NCBI GenBank assembly: GCA_003660975.1
Contig: QMVG01000015.1
Coordinates: forward strand, 1-10,734
Length of the DNA: 10,734 nucleotides
Direction: 5' to 3'
Source: Candidatus Micrarchaeota archaeon
GTDB lineage: Archaea > B1Sed10-29 > B47-G15
The notes under the pieces were generated by a model. It was not told the DNA's origin. It worked only from the letters and a program-made list of their open reading frames with translations, and did not search any database. Shown here piece after piece: positions 6,663-10,734 of the stretch. A program made the translations under genes and the position numbers. How positions within the stretch are numbered: position 1 is the first letter of the stretch; each line of letters begins with the position of its first letter.

Positions 6663-7946
6663 TTACTTCTTCTTTTTGCTTTTCTTTTCCTCTTTTTCTG
6701 CCTCTCTCACCAACTTTTTCAAGTACTCTATTGAGTTTTCTCCTTCCTCTGGAGGATTCTCTTCAATCATCTTCTCAAATCTCTTTTTGGCGCCAACAAT
6801 AGCAAGCTGGTCTTCAAGCTGGTTTCTCTGCCGTATATACAGCAAAATCAGAAGCAGGATAACAAAAACCAGCACACCCAACATTATTGTTGAACTGCCT
6901 CCGAATAGCATACCTGTTATGCCTGTGCTGTAAACCCCTATCTTATACCCAGCAATCAGCAGAGGCAGAGATGCAACTGTTTCACTCCCTTTCACCAACA
7001 GAAGCTCTGTCTTGTGTTCATCGAAATCGCTGGCTTTTATTATAATCTCTCTGTCAAGTATCTGGAAGGCCCTTAAATCAAAAGCTTCATTATTTTCTAT
7101 GCTCCATCCAGCTGGCAGGTCGGACAAAGTGAAAAGGAGGTTGTTGGCATCTGTCGGGCCCTTGTTCTCCACATTAACTCTTATTTTATAACCTTCTACA
7201 TTGCCTTCCTCATCCTTTAAAGGCTCCATTGCAATCAATCTCATGGAAACCATGCTCTCATATGAGAACTTTTTCCATATTTTCACCTTGACTTTTGTCG
7301 AGCTTTCCACATTTCCAGAAGCAGCTGTTATCGTGAACTCTTTTTGACCATCGGGATAATCAGCGGGGACCCCAATCTTAATGGAGAGGTCTTTTGACTG
7401 TCCTGCTTCTAAATTAAATACAGGAGGGTATTGGGGGTCAAAAGCAGTTGGGATGTCCCCGCTTATGACTATGTTTTTTAATTCCTCTTCACCTAGATTT
7501 CTTACCAATATCCTTAAGTTCTGCTCTTCTCCCTGCCTTACAGTGACTGATTCAGTTATCGGGTCTACAACCAGCTTCTCACCGCTTTCTTCAACATCAA
7601 CTATTAACTTTAATCTGCTTGATGTCTCGCCATCATACGCAATCACATCAATTGGGTGCAGGCCTTTCTCAAGGCCAACTGCAGGCACCCATATATCAAA
7701 ATAATCTCTAGTATAAGGCAACATATGAAAGCTCTCTTTTGATATGGAAAAAGGCAAATCTGTTTTAACTAGGATTGTTATATCTCTTTCGTCAGGCACA
7801 TTGTTTCTTATCATTACCGAGAAGTGAGCTACATCCTTTTCAGATGATAGGCTCACTATTGGATTTTCAACAATCATAACAGGTTCAGCAATAGCAATAG
7901 GCATAAATGCAACAAAGAGCAGTATTGAGAGCAATTTTACTTTCAT
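6663..7946 (-). CDS. Secreted, membrane-anchored protein with tandem Ig-like domains (NEW3/COG1470-like)
   Basis: ATG 7946 has SD AGGAGGT. Signal peptide MKVKLLSILLFVAFMPIAIA, repeated VRNLG / VENKG / LPAGWS Ig-like motifs, a C-terminal TM helix and a Lys-rich tail. Confidence 0.8.
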   Translation of the reverse strand: MKVKLLSILLFVAFMPIAIAEPVMIVENPIVSLSSEKDVAHFSVMIRNNVPDERDITILVKTDLPFSISKESFHMLPYTRDYFDIWVPAVGLEKGLHPIDVIAYDGETSSRLKLIVDVEESGEKLVVDPITESVTVRQGEEQNLRILVRNLGEEELKNIVISGDIPTAFDPQYPPVFNLEAGQSKDLSIKIGVPADYPDGQKEFTITAASGNVESSTKVKVKIWKKFSYESMVSMRLIAMEPLKDEEGNVEGYKIRVNVENKGPTDANNLLFTLSDLPAGWSIENNEAFDLRAFQILDREIIIKASDFDEHKTELLLVKGSETVASLPLLIAGYKIGVYSTGITGMLFGGSSTIMLGVLVFVILLLILLYIRQRNQLEDQLAIVGAKKRFEKMIEENPPEEGENSIEYLKKLVREAEKEEKKSKKKK

Positions 7947-7966
7947 ATGAGACCTCCTTTTCATAT

Positions 7967-8057
7967 TGTTACTATTATGTAGTGATAACATATTTAAAGC
8001 TTGTGGTGCATAAATAGATAGTAGATGTTGAAACCCCTCAATAGTAACATTTATAAA
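7967..8057. promoter_or_regulatory. Divergent promoters with 10-bp inverted repeat (candidate operator)
   Basis: TATA boxes TTTAAATA (minus, 7998-7991) and TTTATAAA (plus, 8050-8057). TGTTACTATT (7967-7976) and AATAGTAACA (8040-8049) are perfect reverse complements. Confidence 0.6.
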
Positions 8058-8077
8058 GGAAAAAGGAGTAGCCGCTT

Positions 8078-8827
8078 ATGAGGAACATGGACAAGGAAAC
8101 GCTTGACCTGCTGAGAAATTTAGGCCTCAATCAATATGAGTCAAAAATATATCTTGCACTCTCACAATTGGGACCAATGACAGCCAGCGAGCTTAGTGAC
8201 AATGCAGACATACCCCGTCCAAGAACATACGATGTTCTGGACAAGCTGGCAAAAAAGGGCTTTGTTAGCGTACAACCAGGCAGACCCAGTAAGTATAATG
8301 CTTTAAGCTTAAAGCAGGCATTGAATAATCTAAAAAAGAGCAAGGAGAAAGAACTGATAAAAAGCTTTGAGCAGATGGATAAGATAAAGGAGAGGTTGGA
8401 GGAAAAGCTGAGCAAACAGTCAATGAACCAAAACATTAGCACTGAAGACCTTATATGGGTGCTAAAAAACAGAGCTAACATTTACTCAAAATTAGAAGAA
8501 TTGATAATGGACGCATCAGACACAATTGTCCTCAGCAGTACGGAAAAAGGATTGAAAAGAAAAATAGAGTTATATGAGGATTTGCTGAGAGAGGCGCATG
8601 AAAGAGGTGTGAAGATAAAAGTAATCACTCCTTCTGTGAATGAGGGCATAGAAAGAATTAGAGACATTGCCGAGATAATAGAAAAGGAATCACATCATAG
8701 AATGGTAATAGCTGATGATGAGGTGCTTCTCTTCCTAACGCCTGATGAAGACGAAAAGACAGAGATTTCAGCGTGGATAAAATCCCCTTATTTTGCAGAA
8801 AACATGAAGAAGATTTTAACTGGCTAA
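8078..8827 (+). CDS. TrmB family transcriptional regulator
   Basis: N-terminal wHTH LGLNQYESKIYLAL...IPRPRTYDVLDKLAKKGFV...GRPSKY, then a coiled coil and a PLD-like effector domain (AHERGVKIKVI, MVIADDEVL). Alternative start at 8087. Confidence 0.93.
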   Translation: MRNMDKETLDLLRNLGLNQYESKIYLALSQLGPMTASELSDNADIPRPRTYDVLDKLAKKGFVSVQPGRPSKYNALSLKQALNNLKKSKEKELIKSFEQMDKIKERLEEKLSKQSMNQNISTEDLIWVLKNRANIYSKLEELIMDASDTIVLSSTEKGLKRKIELYEDLLREAHERGVKIKVITPSVNEGIERIRDIAEIIEKESHHRMVIADDEVLLFLTPDEDEKTEISAWIKSPYFAENMKKILTG

Positions 8828-8833
8828 TTTTAA

Positions 8834-8977
8834 TGGGGTCAGGGGGAATCGAACCCCCAGCCGGAGGTATCTCCACACTACAAGAGTGCATACCTCTGGG
8901 AAATCATTGCGCAAGAGCGCTCAGCGCTCCAGAAAAGTGTTCTGGAGCCTCCGATGTTACCACTACACCATGACCCC
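8834..8977 (-). tRNA. tRNA-Trp(CCA) with 73-nt intron at 37/38 (8869-8941)
   Basis: Acceptor GGGGTCA/TGACCCC plus discriminator A, D stem GTGT/ACAT, anticodon stem GGAGG/CCTCC with loop CT-CCA-G^A, and T arm GGGGG-TTCGATT-CCCCC. Canonical BHB: CTCC/GGAG helix, bulges AG^A and AT^A, outer helix ACACT/AGTGT. The 3' CCA is not encoded. Confidence 0.96.
8869..8941 (-). ncRNA. Intron-encoded partial box C/D guide RNA (predicted Cm34 of tRNA-Trp)
   Basis: Guide UUCUGGAGC (8934-8926) pairs 9/9 with GCUCCAGAA (8948-8940). A CUGA box at 8924-8921 puts the N-5 base opposite C34. It is followed by the stem GCGC-UCUU-GCGC and a C'-like AUGAUUU (8907-8901). Confidence 0.65.
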
Positions 8978-9015
8978 TATCTCAGTCTTATGCTTTTGTC
9001 TTATTTATCTGCTCA

Positions 9016-9150
9016 CGGGCCAGGGGGGATTTGAACCCCCGACCTACAGCTCGCTCCAACCCCTTTCTTTTCCGTCAACGCTTTTCCAGAGGAATAACAG
9101 GAAAAGGGTTGTAGGAGGCTGTCGCCCTGTCCAGACTAGGCTACTGGCCC
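9016..9150 (-). tRNA. tRNA-Arg(CCT) with 60-nt intron at 37/38 (9052-9111)
   Basis: Acceptor GGGCCAG/CTGGCCC plus discriminator G, D stem GCCT/GGGC, anticodon stem ACAGC/GCTGT with loop CT-CCT-A^A, and T arm GGGGG-TTCAAAT-CCCCC. BHB: CTCC/GGAG helix, bulges TA^C and CG^A, outer helix AACCCTTTTC/GAAAGGGGTT. Confidence 0.96.
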
Positions 9151-9170
9151 ATCTTAACTTTATAATAAAC

Positions 9171-9191
9171 GTTATATATGAAGTTTTATAA
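9171..9191 (-). promoter_or_regulatory. Candidate TATA boxes for the tRNA-Arg/tRNA-Trp unit
   Basis: TTATAAAA (9191-9184) and TATATAAC (9178-9171) lie upstream of the tRNA-Arg 5' end at 9150. Confidence 0.45.
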
Positions 9192-9647
9192 TTACTTACG
9201 TTTTCTGAGTTCTGCCTTTATCTTTCTTAGCATTGATTTTATCTCTTCAAGGTCCTTCTGCATATCTGCCACTTCCCTCTCTGCCTTCCTATCTATCATG
9301 TAATCCCTTATCGTCCTTATCCTGTCCCTCTCCGCTTCCCTGTTTTGGCTCATAAGAATTATTGGGGCCTGCACAGCTGCCAAGCATGAAAGCACAAAAT
9401 TCAGAAGTATAAATGGATATGGGTCCCACGCATTCACCCAACCGTAAAGATTTATGGCTATCCAGACAACCAGAAAAATGAAAAGCAGTACGAGAAATGT
9501 CCAGCTGCCAACAAATGCAGTCAGCTTATCAGCTGCCCTCTGTCCCAAGGTTGCCCTTGTCTTTATTGGGTAGCGCTTCTCCATTTCCTTGATAATGTCC
9601 TTGGAGGTCAGCTGTGCAACCTTCTGTCTCTGCTTTTTTGCTTGCAT
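9192..9647 (-). CDS. DUF1003 membrane protein
   Basis: Signature GQRAADKLTAFVGSWTF...WDPYPFILLNFVLSCLAAVQAPIILMSQNR with a C-terminal coiled coil. TATA TTTTTAAT (9676-9669) lies 21 nt upstream. Confidence 0.9.
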   Translation of the reverse strand: MQAKKQRQKVAQLTSKDIIKEMEKRYPIKTRATLGQRAADKLTAFVGSWTFLVLLFIFLVVWIAINLYGWVNAWDPYPFILLNFVLSCLAAVQAPIILMSQNREAERDRIRTIRDYMIDRKAEREVADMQKDLEEIKSMLRKIKAELRKRK

Positions 9648-10061
9648 ATACCCTTAGACGAAAGAGAGATTAAAAAAGCTTTTGTGAAAGAGATCTGTAA
9701 CTTCCTCTATGATTGTAGCACACAAAACAATTATTTAACTATATCTTTAGCCACCTTGAAGCAATTAGCGCTTTTTTGATGTCTTTACTTCCCATATGTC
9801 TATATAAATTTTCTCACAGCTGAAATGTAGAATTTGTCCGTCTGGTAAGAACACCCTCTAATTTTTATTCCCTTGATAAGTTCCTATAGCTTATATCATC
9901 CTTGTAGCATAAGCTTTTTAACATTCTAAACTCATAAAACTTTTCATGGCAATTAACTTTATGAAATCCTTTCAACTCACACTTGGGGAGTTATATGAAT
10001 AAAAAGTGTGTGAAATACTCGTTATCGGAAATCGCTATGAAACATAAAAAGGGGTGATAAA

Positions 10062-10734
10062 ATGATTGAGATAAAAGATATATTGCATCTGCTAGGGGAT
10101 GAACTGAAGGATAAAACAGAACAAGTGAATAGATTCAGAGAATTCATTGAAAAGGAGAAATGGCCTACTGAACAAATAAAAAAATGGCTTGATGAATGTA
10201 TAAGTGAGAGTAAAGGCGCGCATGATCCGTATAATAGGGCATTTCAAGATTTAATTGTTTCTTTGGGAAGAAGATTAGGATTTGAAATACAGTACGGAAG
10301 ATATATAGGAAAGTCAGGAGAAGAAAATCATGATGGGATTTGGAATAGAGAGAATGGGGATATGATGGTTCTGGAAGTAAAAACCAGCACTTGGCCTATT
10401 GGGAGTGTAAGTCAACTTGGGGGTTATCTTGAGGAACTTTCTAAAAAGGAGGGGGTTAAAAATATTTTTGGGTTATATGTCATAGGCAAGGGTGATGTTC
10501 AACCTCTGATTGAGCAAATATTAGGAAGCAAATACAAAGATAGAATGCGTTTAATTCTCTACGATGACTTAATAGAAGTTATAACTCTAAAAGAAGAATT
10601 AGAGCCAGTAATAGGAGAGAAACAGGCAATGGAGAAAGTTCAAAATCTTCTTCTACCCATTGAAAGTATTAACATTGGAAATATAGTGAGGCTAATAGTA
10701 GAAATAGCTACTACTAAATCAACAGCTGTTGAAG
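10062..10734 (+). CDS. 3'-truncated PD-(D/E)xK restriction endonuclease-like protein (Mrr catalytic-type domain)
   Basis: SD GGGGTGA lies 4 nt before ATG 10062 and the frame is open to the window end. It reads AFQDLIVSLGRRLGF...GRYIG...HDGIW...MVLEVKT...QLGGY, i.e. the Q/E-helix, D and ExK catalytic pattern. It is absent from the ORF track because there is no stop in the window. Confidence 0.75.
   Translation, partial: MIEIKDILHLLGDELKDKTEQVNRFREFIEKEKWPTEQIKKWLDECISESKGAHDPYNRAFQDLIVSLGRRLGFEIQYGRYIGKSGEENHDGIWNRENGDMMVLEVKTSTWPIGSVSQLGGYLEELSKKEGVKNIFGLYVIGKGDVQPLIEQILGSKYKDRMRLILYDDLIEVITLKEELEPVIGEKQAMEKVQNLLLPIESINIGNIVRLIVEIATTKSTAVE

Noticed and set aside
6387-8667. ORFs 6387-6578, 6676-6933, 7381-7704, 8131-8481 and 8482-8667
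   Set aside because: Antisense shadows of the nuclease, Ig-like and TrmB genes, with Ser/Phe-rich mirror composition.
8834-9045. tRNA 3' ends as integration (att) sites
   Set aside because: No duplicated tRNA 3' segment was seen in the window, and the 3' ends face the resident trmB gene.
9068-9100. Nested second intron inside the Arg intron
   Set aside because: No 3-4-3 bulge-helix-bulge could be drawn.
8834-9150. Chimeric or trans-spliced Arg/Trp tRNA using the shared CUCC/GGAG helix
   Set aside because: The anticodon stems of the two tRNAs do not cross-pair (ACAGC vs CCTCC), and the outer helix would be out of BHB register.
8658-9191. ORFs 8658-8891, 8773-8973 and 8886-9191
   Set aside because: They overlap the two tRNA genes.

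Overview
Archaeal chromosomal window, possibly from a DPANN-like lineage (inferred from TATA/BRE promoters, GGTGA-type SD sequences, BHB tRNA introns, an eS26-like gene and TrmB). The core holds metG, two small hypothetical genes, a CPA1 antiporter, rps26e, a beta-CASP nuclease, a membrane-anchored Ig-like protein, a TrmB regulator, two intron-containing tRNAs (Trp-CCA, Arg-CCT) and a DUF1003 gene. Both ends look accessory: a truncated clan GH-A glycoside hydrolase on the left and a truncated Mrr-like nuclease on the right. Three signals stand out. (1) At 557-1458, a low-GC cytidine deaminase gene is followed by an attC-like palindrome and lies divergent from an unannotated, inactivated tyrosine-recombinase fragment, which suggests a decayed archaeal integron. 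(2) The tRNA-Trp intron carries a partial box C/D guide aimed at C34, and most of the loop of the neighbouring tRNA-Arg intron is complementary to it. (3) An internal SD plus in-frame TTG in metG could produce a free Trbp111-like domain. All of this comes from manual reading; no searches or folding programs were run.
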